From positions 1 to 28,147 of the forward strand of contig JBBIMK010000027.1 in assembly GCA_037444445.1 (NCBI GenBank): a stretch of DNA of 28,147 nt, given 5' to 3'. The position numbers and the translations under genes are program-made. The notes below the pieces were generated by a model that searched no databases, was not told the origin of the DNA, and saw only the letters and a program-made list of their open reading frames with translations. Every line of letters starts with the position of its first letter. The stretch's first letter is position 1. Below are positions 1-8,203 of this stretch, one piece after another. This stretch comes from a bacterium (GTDB lineage: Bacteria > UBP7 > UBA6624 > JBBIMK01).

Positions 1-1
1 C

Positions 2-26
2 AAGCGGGGGGGATGAAATCCCGCTT
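2..26 (-). terminator. Possible hairpin downstream of cstA (7-bp stem AAGCGGG/CCCGCTT, 11-nt loop)
   Basis: Inverted repeat read at 2-8 and 20-26, 36 nt past the cstA stop codon (62-64). The minus-strand 3' flank runs off the window, so a U-tract cannot be assessed. Confidence 0.3.
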
Positions 27-61
27 CAGAGGGCAGTGAGATGGGCATTTCGCCCAGCATT

Positions 62-1795
62 TTAGTGTGAAGGTGGAGACGGAGTTTCACCCTGGCTGCG
101 AATGTAGCCCTGATACACCAGGTATGCCATCCGCAAGCCGAGGAAGATGAGGATAATTCCTACGAGAATAAAGAGGGCGTTCAGGACAGTGGCAATGGTG
201 GGATACTGGTCCAGCGGGGGCTTCACGAATTCCGCCGGCGGTCTCCTCGTCAGGATACCAATTCGGGTGGCGTCAAAGAATTTATACACCTGCCAGCCCA
301 ACCCTGTCAGCGTGGTGATTATCATAAACACGGCGGGAATAAGGGTATAGAGGGTGGGCGCCTTCACACGAGCCAGATGAATAGTGATGAGCATCAGAGC
401 AAGCCCCGCCAGAAGTTGATTGGACCCGCCAAAATAGAGCCAGAGATTGATCCATGAACCGGTAATGGCAAAAATAAAGGAGAATAACAAGCCTACGAAG
501 GTAGAGATGTGTTTATGGCCCAGAATGGGGAAAGGACTGGTGGAGAAGACCTCCTGTGCCACCAGCCGCCAGAAGCGGACCGCCAGGGTTAGCACGGTCA
601 ATGCATACAGGACGAGGGAGAGGCTGAAGAATGTGTTCCATACCCCTGCCAGAGCGTCTCCACCCAGATATCTGGAAGTCAGAAGAGTGGCGCCTTTCAC
701 CCAGGCAGCGAAATTGACTTTCCCTATCTCTTCAGGGCTAAGAACCATATAAGCGGCTAAGGAAGCCAGCGCCAGCATACCCTCGGTGAGCATAGCTCCC
801 GCCCCCACAGGATGCGCGTCCGTTTCCACATCCAACTGCTTGGAAGTAGAGGAAGAGCCCACAAGGGAGTGCCAGCCAGAAATGGACCCGCAGGCGATGG
901 CAATGAACATCATCGGCCAGAGGGGTCCCACAGCGGGAGTAAACCAGGTATTGAATGCCTTCTGCTGGAGAGTCACGCCAGTCAAGGGTGATACCAGAGC
1001 TCCTACAAGGATTAACAGAATGGCTAAAAAGGTGGGAAAAAATGCTACGAAGTTTATGGGCTGGATGAAACGGGGCATAGGCAGTGTGGAGCCTAAATAG
1101 AGAATGACACAGGTAATCACAGCCCAGAAAGGAATGGTCCAGGCACCCAGGAAGTCCGCCCCTGGCCTTTGAATCCAGTAGCCCAACCCGATGCTGATGC
1201 CGGTAAGCACCAGCCCAATAATGGTGGTCGGGACAATCGGCAATCGGTGTTTATATAGCAAATGACCCACCAACACTCCGGTAGCAAAAACACCCAGGGT
1301 TGCCCAGAAAGTGCCCTGAAAAATATTGAAGAAGGTTGCGATGAAAAACACGAATACACCCGTGATGATGAGGATATAAAACAGGATAAAGCCGAGAAGG
1401 GTATTCCGGCCTTCGGAGCCGGTGAAAGCATAAGCAATGGGACCAAAAGAGCGCCCTTCATTCCTCACGCTCACCATAATGGAGCCATAGTCCTGAAGCC
1501 AGCCGATGAAAAAATTGCCAAAAATAATCCACAGAAGAGCGGGTAGCCAACCGAAGGTTACAGCGATGAATGGGCCGAGGATAGGACCCAGTGCCGCCAC
1601 GCTTTTGAATTGATATCCCCACAACACATATTTATTCACCGGAAAATATTCCACGCCATCCAGATACAAATGAGCGGGTGTAACTCTGCTCTCCGACGGC
1701 TTCCAGACTTTTCGGTCATACCACTTCCCATACCCCCAGTAAGCCACCGCATAGGCCACCAGTGCAGCGCTCACAAAGAAAAAGGGCGATGCCAT
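62..1795 (-). CDS. cstA: Carbon starvation protein A family transporter (CstA, peptide/pyruvate uptake), polytopic membrane protein
   Basis: The N-terminal stretch WGYQFKSVAALGPILGPFIAVTFGWLPALLWIIFGNFFIGWLQDYGSIMVSVRNEGRSFG is typical of CstA, and the protein is hydrophobic throughout. I prefer the ATG at 1795 (MASPFF...), which lies downstream of GAAGGAGG at about 1806-1813. The track start at 1822 is a TTG upstream of that SD. Confidence 0.9.
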   Translation of the reverse strand: MASPFFFVSAALVAYAVAYWGYGKWYDRKVWKPSESRVTPAHLYLDGVEYFPVNKYVLWGYQFKSVAALGPILGPFIAVTFGWLPALLWIIFGNFFIGWLQDYGSIMVSVRNEGRSFGPIAYAFTGSEGRNTLLGFILFYILIITGVFVFFIATFFNIFQGTFWATLGVFATGVLVGHLLYKHRLPIVPTTIIGLVLTGISIGLGYWIQRPGADFLGAWTIPFWAVITCVILYLGSTLPMPRFIQPINFVAFFPTFLAILLILVGALVSPLTGVTLQQKAFNTWFTPAVGPLWPMMFIAIACGSISGWHSLVGSSSTSKQLDVETDAHPVGAGAMLTEGMLALASLAAYMVLSPEEIGKVNFAAWVKGATLLTSRYLGGDALAGVWNTFFSLSLVLYALTVLTLAVRFWRLVAQEVFSTSPFPILGHKHISTFVGLLFSFIFAITGSWINLWLYFGGSNQLLAGLALMLITIHLARVKAPTLYTLIPAVFMIITTLTGLGWQVYKFFDATRIGILTRRPPAEFVKPPLDQYPTIATVLNALFILVGIILIFLGLRMAYLVYQGYIRSQGETPSPPSH

Positions 1796-1821
1796 CCTTT
1801 CTCTTCCTCCTTCTATGCTCA

Positions 1822-1851
1822 AGCATAATCCCTGAAAACCATCACTGTCAA
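1822..1851 (-). promoter_or_regulatory. Candidate sigma70-type promoter for cstA (TTGACA-N18-TATGCT on the minus strand)
   Basis: On the minus strand the -35 TTGACA is the complement of 1846-1851 and the -10 TATGCT is the complement of 1822-1827, with an 18-nt spacer. This would give a short leader containing the SD. The call rests on sequence pattern only. Confidence 0.3.
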
Positions 1852-2066
1852 CCTTACTACAAATCAGATGTATACCAACTCATATATATAAATGGAATAT
1901 GCGATAAGGCTGGATGTGTGGAGCCTGACGAAATTTATAGCCCACTGGCTATCTTCATTGGGTCATCAGGGTTGTTCCCTGCACTCGGTTCCTCTCTGAC
2001 GAAAAAACTCTGACAGTCAGTGAATATCGTCTCAGTGAATTTTCACCCACTGGCATTCATCAGGCA

Positions 2067-2075
2067 TGATAAAAT
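2067..2075 (+). promoter_or_regulatory. Extended -10 element (TGATAAAAT) upstream of ppsA
   Basis: TG at 2067-2068 is followed by TAAAAT at 2070-2075. There is no good -35, which extended -10 promoters can tolerate. The element lies 40 nt upstream of the preferred ppsA ATG at 2115. Confidence 0.35.
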
Positions 2076-2114
2076 AAGAAAATGGACGAGACATTTTCAG
2101 GGGGTGCGTATGGG

Positions 2115-4553
2115 ATGAAGAAGTGTATTTTGTGGTTAGGTGAGATTGGAATGGAAGATGTGCCTCTGGTGGGTGGAAAGAATGCCTCGCTGGGAGAAAT
2201 GTATCAGGAACTTTATCCAAAAGGGGTAAAGGTGCCCAATGCTTTTGCGGTAAGCGCTCAGGCTTACCGGGAGTTTCTCCGCCACAATCATCTTGAGGAA
2301 CGAATCCGGGAAGTTTTCAGGGGTTTGAATCTGGAGGATGTCAGCGATTTGCAGAAGCGTTCACGAAAGATACGCAATCTTATTTTGGGGGCTGAATTTC
2401 CGGAGGACCTGCGAGAAGAAATTGTGAGTGCTTACGAGAAGTTATGTGAAGAATACGGGGAGGATACGGATGTGGCGGTAAGGTCATCAGCCACTGCAGA
2501 GGACCTGCCCACAGCCTCGTTTGCCGGACAGCAGGATACTTTCCTGAATATTCGTGGCTCCGAGATGGTGCTGGACAGCGTCCGGCGGTGCTTTTCCTCA
2601 CTGTATACTGACCGGGCGGTAAGTTATCGCGCCCATCACGGATTTGACCAGGTTTCTATCTCTCTCTCCGTGGGCATCCAAAAGATGGTGAGAGCCGACC
2701 AGGCGGCCTCCGGCGTTATCTTCACCCTGGACACGGAAACAGGGTTCAAAGATGTAGTTTATATCACGGCTTCGTATGGGCTGGGAGAGATGCTGGTTCA
2801 GGGTGCTGTCAACCCGGATGAGTACTATGTGTTCAAGCCCACCCTCCGGCAGGGGTATAACGCCATTATAGAGAAAAAACTGGGCTCCAAAAAAGTGAAA
2901 ATGATTTATGGGCTCAAAGAGACGGAGAGCCCCACGAAAGTGGTGAAAGTTCCCGTGCCGGAGCGACGCAAAGCCTGCCTGACGGATGAAGAAATCCTTA
3001 CTCTTGCCCGATGGGCAATCCTTGTGGAAGACCATTACTCGCAAAAAAATGAACGATATACGCCCATGGACATTGAATGGGCGAAGGACGGTATCACGGA
3101 AGAGCTTTTCGTGGTTCAGGCTCGCCCGGAAACGGTTCACTCCCAAAAATCCCATACAGCCCTGGAAATCTACCAGTTGAAGGGAAAGAGCCGGGTGCTG
3201 GTGGAAGGGCTGGCAGTGGGCTCTAAAATTGCCATCGGACCCGTGAAAATCCTGGAAGATGCATCCATGATGAACGCCTTCAAGGATGGAGAGGTGCTGG
3301 TGACGGATATGACGGACCCAGACTGGGAGCCGATTATGAAAAAAGCCAGCGCCATCGTCACCAACAAGGGAGGAAGAACCTGTCATGCGGCCATCGTCTC
3401 CCGAGAACTGGGCATCCCCGCCATTGTGGGAACAGGAAACGCCCTGGAGGTTCTAAAAGAAGGACAGCCCGTTACCATTTCTTGCGCTGAGGGCGAAATC
3501 GGCTATGTGTATGAAGGCACCCTGCCGTTTACTGTAGAGCGAATTGACTTGAACCATCTTCCCCTCCCCGAAACCGCTATTATGCTCAATGTAGGAAATC
3601 CGGAAAAAGCCTTTGATTATTCTTTCTTCCCCAATCGTGGTGTGGGGCTTGCCCGTGAAGAGTTCATCATTGCCTCCCATATTCAAGTTCATCCCCTCGC
3701 ACTCTTGCACCCGGAAGAGGTGCAAAGTGTTACCCTCCGGCAGAAGATAGACGACCTCACCTATGGGTATGAAGATAAAGGGCAATTCTTTGTGGACCGC
3801 CTGGCGGAGGGTATTGCAAAGATTGCCGCCGCTTTCTACCCTAATGATGTGATTGTGCGCTTTAGCGACTTTAAATCCAACGAATATGCTAACCTCATCG
3901 GAGGAAAATACTTTGAACCTTCAGAGGAAAATCCCATGATAGGGTGGCGAGGGGCTTCCCGATATTATGCCGACCGGTATAAGCCTGCCTTCGGCCTGGA
4001 GTGCAAAGCCATCCTGAAGGTCCGAAATGAAATGGGCCTCACCAATGTAAAAGTAATGATTCCTTTCTGCCGAACCCCGGAAGAGGGCAGGCGAGTTCTG
4101 GATACGATGGCTGAATTCGGGCTAAAACGAGGAGAAAATGGATTGCAGGTGTATGTCATGGCAGAAATCCCTTCCAATATCCTTCTTGCGGAAGAGTTTG
4201 CAGAGGTGTTTGACGGCTTCTCCATCGGCTCCAACGATTTAACCCAGTTGACCCTGGGGCTGGACCGGGACTCCCGCCTGGTGGCTTCCCTGTACAATGA
4301 ACGCAATCCAGCGGTTCTCTCCCTCATCTCTCATCTATTACAGGTGGCGAAAAGAAAGGGGTGCAAAGTGGGTATTTGCGGGCAGGCTCCCTCCGATTTT
4401 CCGGAATTCACCCGTTTTCTCGTTCAACAAGGCATTGATAGCATTTCCCTGAATCCGGACGCAGTGATGAAAACCATCATGTTAATCTTAGAAATAGAGG
4501 GGAAGGTTTCAGCCTCCGCCACTGTCTCTTATACGAATTTTGCGTCCTTTTAG
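2115..4553 (+). CDS. ppsA: Phosphoenolpyruvate synthase (pyruvate, water dikinase)
   Basis: ILWLGEIGMEDVPLVGGKNASLGEMY matches the PpsA N-terminus. The phosphohistidine swivel motif is GGRTCHAAIVSRELGIPAIVG. The C-terminal PEP-utilising TIM-barrel motifs are GFSIGSNDLTQLTLGLDRDS and GICGQAPSD. An in-frame ATG at 2082 is an alternative start without an SD. Confidence 0.93.
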   Translation: MKKCILWLGEIGMEDVPLVGGKNASLGEMYQELYPKGVKVPNAFAVSAQAYREFLRHNHLEERIREVFRGLNLEDVSDLQKRSRKIRNLILGAEFPEDLREEIVSAYEKLCEEYGEDTDVAVRSSATAEDLPTASFAGQQDTFLNIRGSEMVLDSVRRCFSSLYTDRAVSYRAHHGFDQVSISLSVGIQKMVRADQAASGVIFTLDTETGFKDVVYITASYGLGEMLVQGAVNPDEYYVFKPTLRQGYNAIIEKKLGSKKVKMIYGLKETESPTKVVKVPVPERRKACLTDEEILTLARWAILVEDHYSQKNERYTPMDIEWAKDGITEELFVVQARPETVHSQKSHTALEIYQLKGKSRVLVEGLAVGSKIAIGPVKILEDASMMNAFKDGEVLVTDMTDPDWEPIMKKASAIVTNKGGRTCHAAIVSRELGIPAIVGTGNALEVLKEGQPVTISCAEGEIGYVYEGTLPFTVERIDLNHLPLPETAIMLNVGNPEKAFDYSFFPNRGVGLAREEFIIASHIQVHPLALLHPEEVQSVTLRQKIDDLTYGYEDKGQFFVDRLAEGIAKIAAAFYPNDVIVRFSDFKSNEYANLIGGKYFEPSEENPMIGWRGASRYYADRYKPAFGLECKAILKVRNEMGLTNVKVMIPFCRTPEEGRRVLDTMAEFGLKRGENGLQVYVMAEIPSNILLAEEFAEVFDGFSIGSNDLTQLTLGLDRDSRLVASLYNERNPAVLSLISHLLQVAKRKGCKVGICGQAPSDFPEFTRFLVQQGIDSISLNPDAVMKTIMLILEIEGKVSASATVSYTNFASF

Positions 4554-4734
4554 GGTATTCTTTTCACTAATGCTGATTCCGAATTTCCCATTTGTTCAAC
4601 ACGGTCGCACTTTCCCGGACACCTGAAAAAATGATTCTTCAGGCATACAGGTTCAAGTGAGTTACAAAATATTTGCAGAGGGGAATAAACCCAGGGAATT
4701 GAGTGGAACTGCATCCGGGGTGCAGGGGTTGGAT

Positions 4735-6357
4735 TTACTCCCTGAGGATGGTAGAGAAAGCGTCCTTCATTCGCTGGATAGCTTTTTCAACCAATTCTTT
4801 CACCGTGGAACCATCATCGGGGAAACTGCTTGCGCCCCAGGCTAACCTCAACGAGCGCAGTTCCCTGCCGAATAAAATGAGGGGTTTGCTCTCAAAAGCA
4901 GTTCTGATGCGTTTTGCGGCAATCTGGGCATTGGGATATGGAGTGACTGGAAGAAGGATGAGGTAGGAATTTTCACCGTAGCGGGAGATAAAATCAGATG
5001 CCCGAAGGTTGCTGGTGAGCGTGAGATAAACAGCCCGAAGCGCTGATTCAGAAGTTTTATCTCCGTATTTTTCCTGAATGCGAGCATAATCAGGAAAGTG
5101 AACATAAAGGCAGGACAATTTTTCGTTGTAGCGACGGGCACGGCTCACTTCTTCAATGAACCGATAGTTGAACAGACGCCAGGTATAAGCCCCTGTGGGC
5201 TCATCCGTGATGACATTTTCCCCCATCTTTTCGTAGGTATAAATAGAATCTATCACAGGAGAAAGAATCTGAGCGGCAGTGGATAAAAAGCGAACATCCG
5301 ATGGGTCCAGGCCCTTCTTTTCCTTTGCCAGAAAAAGAATAAACCCCAGGTCCTTATCCAGAAAGGACAGAGGCAAAAAAGCCAAAAAAGTCATTCCAGT
5401 CGCCTCTATAACAGGGTGCAAAGGATGTTCCACGGGCATATCCGAATAGAAGGAAGGGTTCTGAGAAAGAATTGCCGCATCCAGTTGTTTCTCCTTCCTG
5501 GAGATTTTCCACTCCAACAGGGACTCAGGAAGGTGTCTGACCCCCCGGACCCAGTATTCCTGGTCCTGGCGAATGGCTATCAGGGATGCATCAAACTCTG
5601 GAAAGCAGTCTTCCAGAATTTCCAGAACCTTCTTCGGATAAGTTTGTGGATGAGTGAGGGTTCGGAATCCCTCACCAATTCGGCTCAGGAGGTTGAATTT
5701 TCTGGATTCCTCAATGCGTAACTGGAGGAGGGATTCCAGGAAACCATAAAAGGGATAAGCAGGAGATTCATCCGGGAGGGCATCGGGAAGAGTTTTCAAT
5801 GCCGATTGAACGACCTTCGGGTCCCACTGCCGTCCGCTCTGGTCTTGAAGGATCTTTTTGGCTTCCGTGGAGGAAACACGACGGCGATGAGCACGGGAAT
5901 GGGTGAGCGCTTCAAAGGCATCCGCAACGGCGAGGATTCTCGCTCCCAGCGGGATTTCTTCTTCCCGGAGCCCCTGCGGATAACCCGTGCCGTCCCAGGC
6001 TTCATGATGATGCCGAATCCACAGGGGAGCATCCTCCCCCAGGCCGGGAATTTCCTTTGCCAGCAGATATCCGGCTTCCGAGTGGAGATGAAGAACCTGA
6101 CGCTCTTCCGCAGTCAGGGGTTCCGGCTTGAGGAGGATGGCTTCCGGCACAGCCCCCTTTCCGATGTCATGAAGCAAGGCAGCGATATGCAATTTCTCCA
6201 CATCGGGGAACTTCATAGCTCTGGCGATGGCCACCGCATATTCCGCCACTCGCAGCGAATGCCCCCACTTGAACGGGTCCTTCACCTCTACCGATGCCGC
6301 CCAGGCCCGGTAAAAGTCCTTTTCCAGACCTTCTTTACGACCGAAAAAAATTGCCAT
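4735..6357 (-). CDS. Cyclic-di-GMP signalling protein with N-terminal HD-GYP phosphodiesterase, central GAF-like domain and C-terminal degenerate GGDEF domain
   Basis: HD-GYP motifs are HDIGK (res 63-67) and HHHEAWDGTGYPQG (res 116-129). The GAF-like stretch covers about res 200-375. The GGDEF fold begins at DEPTGAYTWR, but the signature reads GENSY (res 461-465) instead of GGDEF. An RxxD motif (RASD, res 452-455) is kept at canonical I-site spacing. Confidence 0.88.
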   Translation of the reverse strand: MAIFFGRKEGLEKDFYRAWAASVEVKDPFKWGHSLRVAEYAVAIARAMKFPDVEKLHIAALLHDIGKGAVPEAILLKPEPLTAEERQVLHLHSEAGYLLAKEIPGLGEDAPLWIRHHHEAWDGTGYPQGLREEEIPLGARILAVADAFEALTHSRAHRRRVSSTEAKKILQDQSGRQWDPKVVQSALKTLPDALPDESPAYPFYGFLESLLQLRIEESRKFNLLSRIGEGFRTLTHPQTYPKKVLEILEDCFPEFDASLIAIRQDQEYWVRGVRHLPESLLEWKISRKEKQLDAAILSQNPSFYSDMPVEHPLHPVIEATGMTFLAFLPLSFLDKDLGFILFLAKEKKGLDPSDVRFLSTAAQILSPVIDSIYTYEKMGENVITDEPTGAYTWRLFNYRFIEEVSRARRYNEKLSCLYVHFPDYARIQEKYGDKTSESALRAVYLTLTSNLRASDFISRYGENSYLILLPVTPYPNAQIAAKRIRTAFESKPLILFGRELRSLRLAWGASSFPDDGSTVKELVEKAIQRMKDAFSTILRE

Positions 6358-6396
6358 CCCTGCTTTTATTAACTCTTTTTGGCCTGTCTTGTTGCT

Positions 6397-6425
6397 ATTA
6401 TATTAAATCCTCTGTGAAAAGTCAA
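6397..6425 (-). promoter_or_regulatory. Near-consensus sigma70 promoter for the HD-GYP gene (TTGACT-N17-TATAAT on the minus strand)
   Basis: The -35 TTGACT is the complement of 6420-6425 and the -10 TATAAT is the complement of 6397-6402, with a 17-nt spacer. The -10 lies about 40 nt upstream of the ATG at 6357. Confidence 0.5.
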
Positions 6426-6438
6426 TAGAGAACATCCA

Positions 6439-6454
6439 CCGGGTGAAAACCCGG
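6439..6454 (-). terminator. Weak hairpin after epmA (CCGGGT-GAAA-ACCCGG)
   Basis: A 6-bp GC-rich stem with a 4-nt loop sits 34 nt past the epmA stop, just upstream of the promoter above. The downstream tract on the minus strand (TGGATGTTCTCT) is only moderately T-rich. Confidence 0.3.
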
Positions 6455-6487
6455 AAAACACCACGCCATCGCAGGCGGAAAAAATCA

Positions 6488-7864
6488 TCATCTACGGGAT
6501 AGGGAAAATGGCAAGACAGAAGCAAGAGTGGGATACTCAAATAGAATCATCAGTAATCTGTCCACACCAACAGCCACGCCGGCGCAAGAGGGCAGGCCAT
6601 AAGCCAGTGCTCTCAAAAATTCAGTCGGCAAGCCACGAATTGAACGTTCTTTCAACTCTTGCCGAAATCTCTTAGCTTGTTCCCGAGTCTCTGTGAGTTC
6701 TGAATAGCCATTCGCTAATTCTATTCCAGCGATGTAAAGCTCAAATCGCTCCAGTGTGGAAGGGTCATCTTTTTTGGGTTTTGACATCGTGCCGAGTTCA
6801 GCAGGATAGTCGTAGAGGAAGACCGGACGGCGGATTCCCAGATTCGGCTCCACACGCTTCGTCAGCAAGTAGAAATAAATGTCCTTCCAGGCAAAGCCGG
6901 GGGCAGCGGTTTTCACTTCCTCTGAAACCATTTCTGGCAGATGGTAAAAATCCGCGGTCCGGTAAATCGGTAAGCCAGTGTAACGACGAAAGACATCTAC
7001 CAGTTTCCATCTTTCCCAGGGTGGAGTGAAATCAACCCGGTGGCTCATCCTGTTTACCACAGTCTTACCACACAACTTCCTCACCAGAAAATAAAGCAGG
7101 CTTTCCACCTCCTTCATCAGGGTCAGATAATTAGCGTCAGAACGATACCACTCCAGAAGGGTGAATTCTGGATTATGAAGGGGACTGAACTCTCCCTGAC
7201 GAAAAACGGGCGCCAGTTGAAAGATTTTCCGGCACTCAGCCACCAGTAACATCTTCATAAAGTATTCGGGAGAAGACTGAAGATAATATCGGCGTTTCCT
7301 GCCTCCGATGTGAAGAAATGCAGGAATAGAGTGGATTCCCGGGTCCAAAGCAGGATAGGGGTGGAGAATGGGGGTTTGAACCTCCAGATATCTCCTTCGC
7401 CGGAAGAAGGCCCTGATGGCATCATAAAGGGAAGCCCTTTGCGGGAGAATCTTAGGGTTTTTCAGCCCCCAGAAAAAGTCTTCCCACGAGGAACGAGTGG
7501 CGGGAAGACCACGGTAGCGATAGAGCAGATGAACACTTTCCGCAACCGCCTTACCTTTTTCAATCCTCTGCCCGGACCGACGGGATTTCGCTCCACTCCA
7601 GCAGGCGAGGACTGCCACCCGGTCACCCAACCGAAGGGCGAGAGGATGTGAGGAAAAAAACTTTATGATTCCAGTGGCATCGCGAAGCCAGAGAACACTC
7701 CCCGAAGAAGATGGGAACAGGGCAATCACCCGCCCGCATACACAAGAGCGGAGGGGTTTTTTCTGCAAAAACTCTTGAATGGTGCACGAAAAAGCCCCCA
7801 AAAAAAGAGAAGACCCACGGGACCTTTTTCGAACCCCTTTCTCCTCCCATTTGGATTTTTTCAT
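6488..7864 (-). CDS. epmA: EF-P (R)-beta-lysine ligase-like class II aminoacyl-tRNA-synthetase paralog (EpmA/GenX/PoxA type) with an extra N-terminal OB-fold-like region of about 140 aa
   Basis: The catalytic core matches E. coli EpmA blocks SSPEYFMKMLLVAECRKIFQLAPVFRQGEFSPLHNPEFTLLEWYR, ERFELYIAGIELANGYSELT and GVAVGVDRLLMIL. The N-terminal CGRVIALFPSSSGSVLWLRDATGIIKFF resembles the anticodon-binding OB fold of LysRS/AspRS. The start is uncertain because the SD AAGGAG abuts the ATG. Confidence 0.8.
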   Translation of the reverse strand: MKKSKWEEKGVRKRSRGSSLFLGAFSCTIQEFLQKKPLRSCVCGRVIALFPSSSGSVLWLRDATGIIKFFSSHPLALRLGDRVAVLACWSGAKSRRSGQRIEKGKAVAESVHLLYRYRGLPATRSSWEDFFWGLKNPKILPQRASLYDAIRAFFRRRRYLEVQTPILHPYPALDPGIHSIPAFLHIGGRKRRYYLQSSPEYFMKMLLVAECRKIFQLAPVFRQGEFSPLHNPEFTLLEWYRSDANYLTLMKEVESLLYFLVRKLCGKTVVNRMSHRVDFTPPWERWKLVDVFRRYTGLPIYRTADFYHLPEMVSEEVKTAAPGFAWKDIYFYLLTKRVEPNLGIRRPVFLYDYPAELGTMSKPKKDDPSTLERFELYIAGIELANGYSELTETREQAKRFRQELKERSIRGLPTEFLRALAYGLPSCAGVAVGVDRLLMILFEYPTLASVLPFSLSRR

Positions 7865-8203
7865 CTCCTTCGCAATCCCTCAATGATTAGCATAGCACCC
7901 TTTTTAGCCCGAGTGTATTGGTTTTGTTCATACTACTTCAGTATCCTGACTCACCAGAAGCACGGATTTAATCCGAACTCCAGCCGGGTTATGGGTGAAA
8001 CTGGTTTTTATAATGGTGTGATTTCTATCTCATTTTCTATTGATATAAGTCATCCAATTGGCTGAATGAAAGATGATAAGATGATGATGGTGAGCGGTAA
8101 ATAAAGGAAACAGGAGGGAAAGTTCGGTTTTATCAACATTCAAGATTAAAGAAAAAGGACAATGGAGGTGGACGACCTCAAAAATTCAGGATAGGAGGTA
8201 TTC

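Noticed and set aside
2035-2046. GTGAA-TT-TTCAC considered as a CRP/FNR-family site.
   Set aside because: The spacing (GTGA-N4-TCAC) does not match TGTGA-N6-TCACA (CRP) or TTGAT-N4-ATCAA (FNR). It is kept only as a generic dyad in the repeat-cluster finding.
2598-3386. A 262-aa ORF antisense to ppsA. Similar long shadow ORFs occur at 5806-6372 (+), 22921-23448 (+), 24355-24936 (+), 27254-27775 (-) and 12235-12645 (+).
   Set aside because: Each lies entirely inside a gene with strong family motifs. Each has a biased low-complexity composition (Arg/Ser/Pro/Gly-rich) and no SD. These are typical frame-shadow ORFs.
7775-8065. A 96-aa ORF on the plus strand spanning the epmA start and the intergenic region.
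   Set aside because: It overlaps the epmA 5' end on the opposite strand, has no SD and no recognisable motif, and its composition is not protein-like.
8066-8104. A 12-codon upstream ORF MKDDKMMMVSGK, with three consecutive Met codons, in the 339-bp leader region of the cytochrome operon, considered as a possible attenuation peptide.
   Set aside because: It has no SD and no obvious alternative terminator/antiterminator hairpins downstream. Short ATG-rich runs arise by chance in AT-rich spacers. It is worth a look only if transcript mapping puts it inside the 5' UTR.
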